Assembly: GCA_023246755.1 (NCBI GenBank)
Contig: JAHFHU010000004.1
Span: 4,214-68,213, forward strand
DNA: 64,000 nt
Source: Candidatus Magasanikiibacteriota bacterium
Lineage (GTDB): Bacteria; Patescibacteriota; Patescibacteriia; Magasanikbacterales; 2-02-FULL-50-9b
Direction of reading: 5' to 3'
Shown: piece by piece, positions 1-9,236 of the stretch
Position numbering within the stretch: position 1 is the first letter of the stretch
Layout: every line of letters begins with the position of its first letter
Notes under the pieces: model-generated
The model's input: only the letters and a program-made list of their open reading frames with translations
The model's database searches: none
Told to the model about the DNA's origin: nothing
Translations under genes and position numbers: made by a program

Positions 1-204
1 GCGTACCTGTGGCGCCCATGTTACCTTCCCCTGTGTCGGGGTCAAATCAAGCAACGCCTTCATCAATGTAGTTTTCCCCGCGCCGTTGGGACCAACAATT
101 GCGACCACTTCGCCACGGTTTACGGTAATTGACACATCGTGAACAAGATCAACGCTCGAACGCGCGACAGTGATGTGTTCTGCGGTTAAAATGATATCGT
201 TCAT
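1..204 (-). CDS. ABC transporter ATP-binding protein (ZnuC-like), 5' part only; runs off the window start
   Basis: Manual translation MNDIILTAEHITV...VAIVGPNGAGKTTLMK contains a Walker A motif; not in the ORF track because it is truncated. Confidence 0.85.
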   Translation of the reverse strand, partial: MNDIILTAEHITVARSSVDLVHDVSITVNRGEVVAIVGPNGAGKTTLMKALLDLTPTQGKVTWAPQVR

Positions 205-220
205 AATTTGCGCTGACGAG

Positions 221-247
221 AAGGGCCACGCGTGATGCGTGGCCCTT
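221..247. terminator. GC-rich hairpin, possible terminator of the 272..733 gene
   Basis: AAGGGCCACGC / GCGTGGCCCTT 11-bp inverted repeat; weak U-tract. Confidence 0.5.
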
Positions 248-271
248 AGTATATCACGGTGCGGTATCGTT

Positions 272-733
272 TTATTTTGTTTTCACAACCGGTTCAACCG
301 CAACGTCGACGATACGAATTCGTGTTGCGATGATCGTGCGTTTTTTTGTGTTGTAGGATCCTTCAACTTCGATCCGATACCCAATATCTATGTCATTAAA
401 TGTTTTATCTTCCCCATCTTCGGTGATAATTTTTGTATCACCATCAACGATGATGTTGCGCTGTTGAAATGCTTTGATGTGATCGAGCTTATTCGCTTCG
501 GTAATAATAATATCGTGCGAACCAAGATTTATTCCAATCACGAGCCCTGACCATTCACGCGCCTTACTTGCCTTGCTGGTATCAATGCCTTCAGCAAGTG
601 AACGGCACCGAATGCATGCTGCCGCGGACACGAAATTTGTTGTTTTTGACTTAGTCGTTGCTGCTGCCGTAACGGTAGTTGGCGTCATGATGAGGCCTGC
701 CACGAGAACTGCTTTCAAAAACGAGTGGTTCAT
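272..733 (-). CDS. Secreted protein with DUF5666-like beta domain
   Basis: Signal peptide; 'DIDIGYRIEVEG...IATRI' pattern. Confidence 0.65.
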   Translation of the reverse strand: MNHSFLKAVLVAGLIMTPTTVTAAATTKSKTTNFVSAAACIRCRSLAEGIDTSKASKAREWSGLVIGINLGSHDIIITEANKLDHIKAFQQRNIIVDGDTKIITEDGEDKTFNDIDIGYRIEVEGSYNTKKRTIIATRIRIVDVAVEPVVKTK

Positions 734-824
734 ATGTGGGGACCACCTTACACTTTTTGCTATTTTTCGTCAAGGGTTTAAGCAAGATTTTTGCTGTATT
801 TAGCCAAAAATTTAGATGATTGTC

Positions 825-1541
825 TCACGCCCATCCAAACCATAAAACTACCACCCACATGGCAGGCAGAAGGAACGCGCCCATGGGGACAGGATCGCCT
901 AATTGACGTTTTTTTGCGAGCAACAAGGCGATTGCGACGATCGCGCCAAGCACATGCGCCACCAGCAATGCGATTCCAAGTTGTGCGGGTTTGCCAACAG
1001 CCGCCCCGACGATAAATCCGAGTGCGACATCGCCGTCGCCGACCCAACGGCCTTGCGATATTGCGTACAAGAAAAAATAAAAAATTGCACCGAGCAAACC
1101 GGACAATAACACGAGCGCGATCGTCTCCGGCGACCATGTCGCGAGAACGGCGACAAATGCAACAACGACTGAAAACGAACGCGGTACTACCATCCATCGA
1201 ACATCGATGTAAAAAAGTAAAAGCGTTCCGAATGAAAGCACGCACCACCACAAAAGATCGCGCGGCGCGGTAAATCGATATGCTCCCAGGCCAAATAAAA
1301 GCGCGCCGATAATTTCAACTGACCAATCCGTCAACACAATTCCGATGCCACACGAACGACAGCGGCCACCGAGACCAATATATGAAAATATGGGAATCAA
1401 TTCCCACCACGCGAGCGTTCGACGACAGGCGTCACACGCGGAACGTGCTTTGAATCCCGGTCGATCCATGAGTTGACGCCCGAGCCATGCTAAAAAAGAA
1501 CCGAGAAGCGCTCCGAGTACTGTATAAAAAAGGACGTGCAC
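825..1541 (-). CDS. pilD: Prepilin peptidase (A24)
   Basis: RSACDAC..L.WWELIPIFSY..LGGRCRSC Cys motifs; YID and GDGD aspartate motifs; multiple TM segments. Confidence 0.92.
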   Translation of the reverse strand: MHVLFYTVLGALLGSFLAWLGRQLMDRPGFKARSACDACRRTLAWWELIPIFSYIGLGGRCRSCGIGIVLTDWSVEIIGALLFGLGAYRFTAPRDLLWWCVLSFGTLLLFYIDVRWMVVPRSFSVVVAFVAVLATWSPETIALVLLSGLLGAIFYFFLYAISQGRWVGDGDVALGFIVGAAVGKPAQLGIALLVAHVLGAIVAIALLLAKKRQLGDPVPMGAFLLPAMWVVVLWFGWA

Positions 1542-1600
1542 AAAATTTTGAGATGAAAGATTAATATCCTGATTATAGCATATTCGTGTATAATCATTGC

Positions 1601-2353
1601 ATGAAATTTTTTATCGCGTCGTATCTGTTGATCGGGGCAGTTATTTTTCCACACACGGTACAGGCGCGAGCAACAGACGCGCCAAAATTGTATGTCCCGA
1701 TACTCACCTATCATCACATCGCACCGCACACTCCGCACAACCCCTACTTTGTTTCTCCAAAAATTTTTGAGGAGCAGATGCGGTGGTTGAAAAAAAATAA
1801 TTACCACGTCATTTCATACGCTGATTTTTATCACGCAATGACAACTGACGAGCAACTTCCCCGCAAATCCGTTGTTTTAACTTTTGATGATGGTCATCGC
1901 GATCAATTTATCAACGCGTTTCCAATTTTAAATGCACTCGGGTTTCACGCGATGTTTTACGTTGTTGGAGGATACATCGAACGTGAAACGAGTATGACGT
2001 GGGATATGCTCAAAAAAATGCGTGACGCACAGATGGAAATCGGCGCTCATTCCATGACGCATCCGAACTTAACGCGACTGACGAATGCACAACGCATAGC
2101 AGAAATTTCGGAAAGTAAATTGATCCTCGAAAAAAATCTCGGGATTCCGATTAATTTTTTTGCATATCCGGGTGGTGCGTATAATGATGCGGTCATTCGC
2201 GATGTTATCGATGCACATTTTTTGTCCGCAGTATCTGTGCGACACAGTGTTTATCACAAAAAAAATGAAAATCTCTTTGCGGTTGCGCGCATGCACATTG
2301 ATGATGACATGGAGTCGTTTACTGGATTTGTAACCGGCGCGCGTTTGCGTTAA
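1601..2353 (+). CDS. Polysaccharide deacetylase (CE4/NodB)
   Basis: PILTYHH, LTFDDG, GAHSMTH and FAYPGG motifs; ATG at 1601 lies 6 nt after TATAAT. Confidence 0.92.
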   Translation: MKFFIASYLLIGAVIFPHTVQARATDAPKLYVPILTYHHIAPHTPHNPYFVSPKIFEEQMRWLKKNNYHVISYADFYHAMTTDEQLPRKSVVLTFDDGHRDQFINAFPILNALGFHAMFYVVGGYIERETSMTWDMLKKMRDAQMEIGAHSMTHPNLTRLTNAQRIAEISESKLILEKNLGIPINFFAYPGGAYNDAVIRDVIDAHFLSAVSVRHSVYHKKNENLFAVARMHIDDDMESFTGFVTGARLR

Positions 2354-2379
2354 TGTGACGCGTGCGCTAGGCTAAATAC

Positions 2380-3633
2380 ATGAAAATTGGAATAATCGGC
2401 GGTGGCGCAGCTGGATTGATGGCGGCCGCAACAATTTGTGAAAATGCTTCCGCTGCAACGGAAATTTTTTTAATCGAACGCAATCTTGAGCTCGGAAAAA
2501 AAGTTTTAATCTCGGGCGGCGGCCGCTGTAATGTTACCACAGGAATTCGCGATATGCGCGCGCTTTTTGAAAAATACCCGCGTGGCGCAAAATTTTTATC
2601 AAGCGCGCTCTATCAATTCACACCCGAAGATGTTTACGCATGGTTTGAATCAAATGGGGTGCCGCTTAAAATCGAAGATGATCTTCGTGTATTTCCGGTT
2701 TCTGATAATGGACATGACGTTGTTTATGCGCTGGAAAAAAAGTTTACAGAACCCGCACGCGTTAAAATTTTATTAGGCCACACCGCGACATCGATCCGTC
2801 GCACGGAAAAAAAGTTTGTGATTGATTTCAAAACGCAACCGAAAATTATTGTTGACAAACTCATCATCACCACCGGAGGACAAGCGTATCGCCACACCGG
2901 ATCAACGGGCGATGGATACACATTCGCCGAATCATTGGGGCACACCGTCACCCCATGCGCGGCAAGTTTGAGTTCATTTATTTCGCGCGATGCATGGGTA
3001 AAATCTCTCGCCGGGGTTTCATTCGATCGCGTTAGTGTCTCAACGGATCGGTCAACGCCGATAGCTCGCGCGGCACGCATCACCGGCCCCCTGATGTTCA
3101 CCCATCATGGCATCACCGGCCCCGCAATTTTTGCTTTTTCCGCGCATATTGCGTATGAGCCCGTCACACCCGCAACGCCACTCAATATTTTTTTAAATTT
3201 TTTTCCTGACAAAAACTTAGAAGAGGTCACTCACATGGTCCACGATGCATGCGCGCTCAATGGCAAGCGAACAATTGTGAATGTCATTGCGACGTTTATT
3301 CCAAAATCGGTCGCTGAAATTATTTGTACACTCGCTGAAATATCCGCTGAAAAACGCGCGGGTGACATGAATAAAAAAGAAATTTTACGTGTGAGCGAAA
3401 CCCTCCGCGCGCTCTGTGTGTGCGCAATCGGGCGCGGCGCGGGAGATGAATTTGTTACAGCCGGCGGCGTCGCATTAAATGAAGTAAATCCAAGCACCAT
3501 GGAATCTTGTGTAACACCCGGACTTTTTTTCGCCGGTGAAATTCTCGATGTCGATGGATTCACGGGTGGCTTCAACTTGCAAGCATCGTGGGCAACCGGA
3601 AGGCTTGCGGGGAAAGCAGCGCTATCATCTTAA
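2380..3633 (+). CDS. HI0933/BaiN-family flavoprotein
   Basis: GGGAAGLMAA, GKKVLISGGGRCNVT, TGSTGDGY, FAGEILDVDGFTGGFNLQ motifs. Confidence 0.95.
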   Translation: MKIGIIGGGAAGLMAAATICENASAATEIFLIERNLELGKKVLISGGGRCNVTTGIRDMRALFEKYPRGAKFLSSALYQFTPEDVYAWFESNGVPLKIEDDLRVFPVSDNGHDVVYALEKKFTEPARVKILLGHTATSIRRTEKKFVIDFKTQPKIIVDKLIITTGGQAYRHTGSTGDGYTFAESLGHTVTPCAASLSSFISRDAWVKSLAGVSFDRVSVSTDRSTPIARAARITGPLMFTHHGITGPAIFAFSAHIAYEPVTPATPLNIFLNFFPDKNLEEVTHMVHDACALNGKRTIVNVIATFIPKSVAEIICTLAEISAEKRAGDMNKKEILRVSETLRALCVCAIGRGAGDEFVTAGGVALNEVNPSTMESCVTPGLFFAGEILDVDGFTGGFNLQASWATGRLAGKAALSS

Positions 3634-4818
3634 TTGTTGAACACGGATGTGCCGTGGCATAACCCCCCACAAAACAATCACCAAAAACATCGCAGCAACA
3701 CCCACAACTCCAAACGTTCGAATAGGACCGAAATAATGCATGCTAAATCCAGCGGCAATTGGACCAATCACATATCCAAAATTAGTAAACGCATCTTGTA
3801 CGGTTTCAATATCTAATCCATATTCTGGGGCTTCCGAAACAAAATCAGCATACGTTCCGCTAATTGCAGGCCATGTCATCGCTATACAAAGCGAAGAACA
3901 AAATCCAATGATGAGTAGTAATGCCGGAGACGTTATGACGAAAAACAACGCAAGAAAAAGTGATCCGAGAAATAATGTGAGCAAGGCGAATCGTTTTTTT
4001 GAGTACCCCTGCAAAATTTTCCCAATATACCACGCAAAAATAATGCCCGGAATTTGATGAACAAACATTAATATTCCCCCGAATTCAAAAATCTCGCCGA
4101 TTGGAATTGCAACTAACGGAGCCGCTGTCCAATAAACTGATTCGATACTATTGAGCATCATCGAGACCAACAACACGGGAAACATTTTCTTGATTAAAAA
4201 AATATGCCCACGCAAAGATACATGTTTATGCGTCTCAATCGAAGAAAGTATGCCGGTAAGTAATCGAGTCTTTTTTCGAAGAAAAAAATATACCATCATC
4301 GCGCAGCCCAAAAAAATCCACGCGATGATAAATGGTGTTCCTGATTTTAATTGTGTGACGAACACTGACGCGATGACTGGTGCTACCATATAGGCACATG
4401 CAACCGCGCCGGCGATAATTCCATAGTTTGAAGCGTGCTCCTCTTTTTTTGAAACACGTCCGATAAAATCTAATGTTCCACAATTATATAAATCGTAGTA
4501 AACACCCCAAATGATCATGCCCATTAAAAACAGAATGACCGAGGACGATTTCCAGATTAAAAAAGGAAACAGCAAAGCCAGCACTATCATGTAGAAGAAA
4601 AGTCGACGAAACGTAGTGCGTCCAAACAATTTAGCCAAAATTGCATCGAATAAGATGCCCGCAACAGATGATGTTGCCATGAGCCAGCCGCGCCAAACAT
4701 CTGAAATTCCAGCATTTTGCATTGCAATTGGAACAAAAAAACCCACGATCCCATCACACAGCAAGAAAAAGAAAATCATGCTTGCGGCAAGGTAAATTAA
4801 CCGATTTTTATTTGCCAT
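3625..4818 (-). CDS. MFS transporter
   Basis: About 12 hydrophobic segments in 397 aa; GYVIGPIAAG near the C-terminus. Confidence 0.8.
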   Translation of the reverse strand: MANKNRLIYLAASMIFFFLLCDGIVGFFVPIAMQNAGISDVWRGWLMATSSVAGILFDAILAKLFGRTTFRRLFFYMIVLALLFPFLIWKSSSVILFLMGMIIWGVYYDLYNCGTLDFIGRVSKKEEHASNYGIIAGAVACAYMVAPVIASVFVTQLKSGTPFIIAWIFLGCAMMVYFFLRKKTRLLTGILSSIETHKHVSLRGHIFLIKKMFPVLLVSMMLNSIESVYWTAAPLVAIPIGEIFEFGGILMFVHQIPGIIFAWYIGKILQGYSKKRFALLTLFLGSLFLALFFVITSPALLLIIGFCSSLCIAMTWPAISGTYADFVSEAPEYGLDIETVQDAFTNFGYVIGPIAAGFSMHYFGPIRTFGVVGVAAMFLVIVLWGVMPRHIRVQQLR

Positions 4819-4823
4819 AGAAA

Positions 4824-6272
4824 CTATTTTAGGCTGCTTTTTTCAGAACGATCAAATGCTGGCGCAACGAGTATCACATCCGTCGCATCTCGATATAACT
4901 CTTTCCATCCAGCTTTAATAAATGACTGCGCAATTGCTTTATTTTGAAACGATGCTGTTGGCAACATCGCGGTATTAATGTCATATTTTTTAAAAATTTC
5001 CGTCGCAACAGGTGCTCCTCCCGCCATAATTCGAAGCGACTCCGGGTAGGGCGCATTACCTTTCGCGTCTGCCCATTGTGGCATGTGTCCATCAACAAAA
5101 ATTGGAAGGCCGGGCACAAACCATTCAATGTAACCCCCCGTCTCAAATTCATTATATAACCGGATCTGCGGCTGTTTTTCAAAAAGACTCGCCAAAAAAA
5201 TAGTTGCACCGACGGGATAGGTAACTCGTGAATGCAATGCAAATAAACTCCACACTGCAACAAAAATTATTTCCATGCTGATAACCCACGAACCGATGCG
5301 TTTAATTTTTTCGTGTGACAAACGCAACCGCGTCATTAACCATGCGAACTCTGACGATGCCTCTAGCACACACTCGAAACCAATAATGGCAAAGTATGGC
5401 CAAAATTTAACAGCATGCCCATATGCATAAAGAAAAAATAGTGTTGCCGCAATCAGACCCCATGCACGTGCGCGGACGAGCAATGCGCACGCACAAACAA
5501 CAAAAATAATCACCAAGATTGAAATATATTCAAGCCGCGTAAAACCAGAAACCATTTCAGAAATATTTTTCATGTACGGCGATGCTTGCGTTCGATAAAT
5601 TTCGGAATATAAATGTATGCCAAATGGATTCACCAGTGTCGCTAAACAGCAAAGTCCGATAATTGTCGCATGGATACGTGAACACGTTCGTTGAACAATT
5701 GAAAAAAAACCAACGATTGCAATAAAGATTATTCCAAACACAACACCGCCATACATGTTTGCCCATAACAAAAAAATAAGCGGGGCCGCATATAAAATAT
5801 TTTTATGCTGAACTCGATGCTGCCATGCGTAGACAATGAAAGCAAAGAACAAAAATGAAATTACCTGTGGACGTAAACCTAAAAATGAACGTGTCGATGC
5901 AAGAAATAAAAATCCGAGACTCTGTTGAAATAGCGTCTGCGCTCGAAAAGCAAATGTCGCACCGATCAAACCTATGGCGAGACAGAAAAATGGTAGCAGC
6001 GCTGATCGCCCTCCTATCATCCATAATTTTGCCATGAGAACATTTGTGAACCACTCATGATCATACCAAATGAAACCCGGTAGCGTCAGCGAGAGCGTAT
6101 CAACCCGCATCAATGTGTGATGCTCCAAAATCCACCGACCGACACTTAAATGCCACCAAAAATCATACTCATACAAAATCGAGGTACAATAACTCAATAA
6201 CGCGACGTTGGCGATTGCAAAAAAAATCTTAAGCAATAAATCTTTATTTCGTGTAAAAAAATTCCAGCTCAT
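4824..6272 (-). CDS. Polytopic membrane protein, GT-C-type glycosyltransferase-like
   Basis: DFWWHLSVGRWI, W.DHEW, LRPQ, LWANMYGG and FVDG motifs; many TM segments. Confidence 0.65.
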   Translation of the reverse strand: MSWNFFTRNKDLLLKIFFAIANVALLSYCTSILYEYDFWWHLSVGRWILEHHTLMRVDTLSLTLPGFIWYDHEWFTNVLMAKLWMIGGRSALLPFFCLAIGLIGATFAFRAQTLFQQSLGFLFLASTRSFLGLRPQVISFLFFAFIVYAWQHRVQHKNILYAAPLIFLLWANMYGGVVFGIIFIAIVGFFSIVQRTCSRIHATIIGLCCLATLVNPFGIHLYSEIYRTQASPYMKNISEMVSGFTRLEYISILVIIFVVCACALLVRARAWGLIAATLFFLYAYGHAVKFWPYFAIIGFECVLEASSEFAWLMTRLRLSHEKIKRIGSWVISMEIIFVAVWSLFALHSRVTYPVGATIFLASLFEKQPQIRLYNEFETGGYIEWFVPGLPIFVDGHMPQWADAKGNAPYPESLRIMAGGAPVATEIFKKYDINTAMLPTASFQNKAIAQSFIKAGWKELYRDATDVILVAPAFDRSEKSSLK

Positions 6273-6365
6273 ATTTATGATATTTTACAGCGCTTACACC
6301 TAAACAGCAATCGCACAATTGCGAAAAAAGTTTTTGGCTGATAAAATAAGTCTAAACTAATTTTT

Positions 6366-6914
6366 ATGACTAAAAAATACACTCTCTTTGTCATTGGTGG
6401 AATTTTAATGTGTGGTGGCGCAGGATGTGCGTCCGAGGCAGCGCCGGCCCCCGCACCTGTTGCTGCACCTGCGCCAGCCGCTCTGATGCCGACGCCTGTT
6501 GTCGCTCTTCCAACGCCCACTGTCGAGACGCCGCCGCCCGCACCTACCGTCGACCAAGCCGACGGAGGAACACCTGTTACATCAATTTTTAAGGCGGGCG
6601 ACAAAGTCGTTGCGCGTTGGAATGGCGGAAATACGTGGTGGGATGCGCAGGTAACCAAGGCATCAGGAGATGAGGTTTTTGTTAAATATACCGATGGTTC
6701 GAGTCAAACGTTGCCACCACTCGACGTCGCACATCTGCATCAACCAAATAGTTCGGTCCATGTTGGCCAAGAAGTTCTTGCATTATGGAATGGTACATCA
6801 TATTACAGCGCCTTCATTAAGAAAATTACGGACACTGCGGTGACGGTAAAATGGAAAGATGGCAGCGGTGTCGCAGAATTGCCGTACGCAGCGATCGAAG
6901 TGCCGGGTAAATAA
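6366..6914 (+). CDS. Lipoprotein with Pro/Ala-rich linker and tandem Tudor/Agenet-like domains
   Basis: GGAGC lipobox; two repeats G(D/Q).V.A.W.G..(W/Y)(W/Y).A.(V/I)....V.V.(Y/W).DG. Confidence 0.7.
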   Translation: MTKKYTLFVIGGILMCGGAGCASEAAPAPAPVAAPAPAALMPTPVVALPTPTVETPPPAPTVDQADGGTPVTSIFKAGDKVVARWNGGNTWWDAQVTKASGDEVFVKYTDGSSQTLPPLDVAHLHQPNSSVHVGQEVLALWNGTSYYSAFIKKITDTAVTVKWKDGSGVAELPYAAIEVPGK

Positions 6915-7020
6915 GAATTTTAAAAAATATCCACAGATAAATCGACGGTGGTCTTGACAAAAATTTCATTGTATGGAACCCAGTATATAGCTCCGCCTGA
7001 TGCGGATGCTGGAGGCCCTC

Positions 7021-7725
7021 GTGAAGAATCTGTTTCATAATGCGATCATCGCGCGCTTGTTTTTGTTCGTGTTCATGCAGGTGTGTGCCTGCACGTGCGA
7101 CGATCATCTCGACCCTGACACCTACAACTGGAATTTTTCCGAATCAGTTTTTGTCGACTCACACCCCACCGAGTCTGACACATTCGTATATTTTGGATCT
7201 CCAGACTCTCAAACGTCTTTGCCGGTCACGTCGGTCGAAGCCGTCGATTTTGACCAAGACAACTTTCCTGCCGGCACTGATTGTGATGACGCGGACGACA
7301 CGGTTTATCCGGGAGCGTATGAGTACTGCGATTTCAAGGACAACGACTGCGACGGTGAAATCGACGAAACATGGAAGATCATCTGGCCAGAATTCTACGG
7401 CATGTCGTGCAAAGTTATCGCCGACAACGACTGCGTGAGTTACGGCACGTGGGTCTGTGACATGGATCATGATTGGTTGGTGTGCTCGGCCCCACCGGTA
7501 CGCCAAGCAATTGTCGAAAAATGCAATGGACTCGACGACGATTGCAACGGCATCACGGACACCGACCGGTGGCCGGAATTAGGAACCGCGTGTTCCATCG
7601 TGGCCGACGCCTGCGTGATGACGGGTGTCTGGAAGTGTTCAGATTACGGCGAGGCGATTCAATGCAGCGCCGAAGATTTAGTGCCGCCAAAAAATTGTGT
7701 TGCGACGCAAAAAAAGAGTAAATAA
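7021..7725 (+). CDS. Cys/Asp-rich secreted protein with 'putative metal-binding motif' (MopE-like) repeats
   Basis: DCDDADDTVYPGAYEYCDFKDNDCDGEIDE and EKCNGLDDDCNG; GGAGG at 7011-7015 before GTG 7021. Confidence 0.8.
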   Translation: MKNLFHNAIIARLFLFVFMQVCACTCDDHLDPDTYNWNFSESVFVDSHPTESDTFVYFGSPDSQTSLPVTSVEAVDFDQDNFPAGTDCDDADDTVYPGAYEYCDFKDNDCDGEIDETWKIIWPEFYGMSCKVIADNDCVSYGTWVCDMDHDWLVCSAPPVRQAIVEKCNGLDDDCNGITDTDRWPELGTACSIVADACVMTGVWKCSDYGEAIQCSAEDLVPPKNCVATQKKSK

Positions 7726-7729
7726 GAAA

Positions 7730-7772
7730 GCCTACACAGAGCAAACCTGTTCTGTGTAGGTGCTTTATTGTT
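7730..7772 (+). terminator. Probable intrinsic terminator
   Basis: CCTACACAGA...TCTGTGTAGG stem followed by a T-rich tract. Confidence 0.55.
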
Positions 7773-7833
7773 TTATAATATGAAATGCGGTATATTTTGT
7801 AGGTAAAATTACGATCATTATATTATTGTTTCT

Positions 7834-8676
7834 ATGAAAAATATTCACCAATTTTTATTCATGAGCGCATTCGTTGCTTTGTGGGCACCAAATCTCGCAT
7901 TTGCTTATCCTGCGGGCTACGACACAACCGATCGTTGTAACAAAAAAGATCCACAATACGATGCGGTTTCCGCAGATGCATACAAAAAAGCACATGATGC
8001 TGGATTTGATGCATATTACAAAATCGAAAAACCCGCGCTCGCGCAATTGGGCGTCGAAACCGAAGCCTGCAACAAAAATATGTTTTCGTTTCAGTTTGTT
8101 GATGCTGCCGCAGAAGCAAACAAAAATACAAACCCCGAATATCTCGCAAAGAAAAAAGTGTGGGAGACCTCGCTTGCAGGATGCAAAGAGAGCGCGTTTA
8201 AAACGTACGTTGCCGCAAAAGATGGCGCGAATGAAATTTTAAAACAGGCACTCGCTGACGCATATCAACAATTTTGTTGGCCAAAAAATGCAGACGGCGG
8301 GAATATGAGTAAGAAAAATAGCGTGTCTTGCGCGGCCCCGCTCGTAACACAAGCCAAGGCTGAATATGCTGAAGTTTTGAAAAAAGCAAAACAAGAACAG
8401 CAGTACACGAAAGCTGAGGCGCTTAAAACATATCAGGCAGCGCTTAAAGATGCGGCTGCAACATACAAAAAATCTGTTTTGATGACAAAAAGCAGTGATG
8501 CGCCAAAAACAAATTTGCTCGCCGCAAAGAAGGCGTACACGCAGGCGGTAAAAACCGCAAAATCTGCATACACAGATTCAGTAAAAAATGCGAATTCTAC
8601 GTACGCTGACGTCGCACTTAATGCAAAAAAGGAATACGGACAAACCGTGGAAGAGGCAAAAGCGGCGTGTAAATAA
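7834..8676 (+). CDS. Secreted Ala/Lys-rich helical protein
   Basis: Signal peptide ending AFA; 11-residue AxxxY repeats in the C-terminal half. Confidence 0.75.
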   Translation: MKNIHQFLFMSAFVALWAPNLAFAYPAGYDTTDRCNKKDPQYDAVSADAYKKAHDAGFDAYYKIEKPALAQLGVETEACNKNMFSFQFVDAAAEANKNTNPEYLAKKKVWETSLAGCKESAFKTYVAAKDGANEILKQALADAYQQFCWPKNADGGNMSKKNSVSCAAPLVTQAKAEYAEVLKKAKQEQQYTKAEALKTYQAALKDAAATYKKSVLMTKSSDAPKTNLLAAKKAYTQAVKTAKSAYTDSVKNANSTYADVALNAKKEYGQTVEEAKAACK

Positions 8677-8816
8677 AAGCGTCAAAAATCAAGACTAATT
8701 TGTCAAAAAATGTGAATGCTGGTAAGGTTTATTGAGTTCCCTCAACAACCACACGCAACAGTCCCTGTTCGCCACGCCCCTTGTGCGTGCGATTAGTCCT
8801 GTGGAGAAGAAAATAA

Positions 8817-9043
8817 TGAACAAATACGAAGGCTTCACAGAAGTCGTTTCTGGTCGCGCAGATGAAACATGGCAAGCAGTTCTCAAGACACCATTGATCG
8901 GCGATCCCGCTGAAGTTGGCCGCATCGTTCACGGCCGCCACATCGCAAACGCGCAGCCTGCGCAACCAGATGAGGTTCCTCAACCCCCACAATGCTGCAG
9001 CGATCAGCCCGCCTCGCCCATGCGAGGACGTTCAGGAGGCTAG
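8817..9043 (+). CDS. Small hypothetical protein
   Basis: GGAG upstream of ATG 8817 and a terminator downstream; no recognisable motif. Confidence 0.35.
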
Positions 9044-9101
9044 CCGCATTTCAAAGGTACTTCGATCAGTTGTCTGCACTTGTGAAAAACAGGTAGAGAC
9101 G

Positions 9102-9138
9102 GCGATGCCAGCACCACGCTGGCATCGCTCATTTTTTT
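9102..9138 (+). terminator. Intrinsic terminator
   Basis: GCGATGCCAGC/GCTGGCATCGC stem followed by T7. Confidence 0.75.
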
Positions 9139-9236
9139 ATAAAACTTTGACGAAGCATTCAACACTTTTTCCCCGGCACATAAACTTTATTAAAATACCA
9201 ACGAAGTTCAGGCATTTCCTGCGATATGGTAATTTA

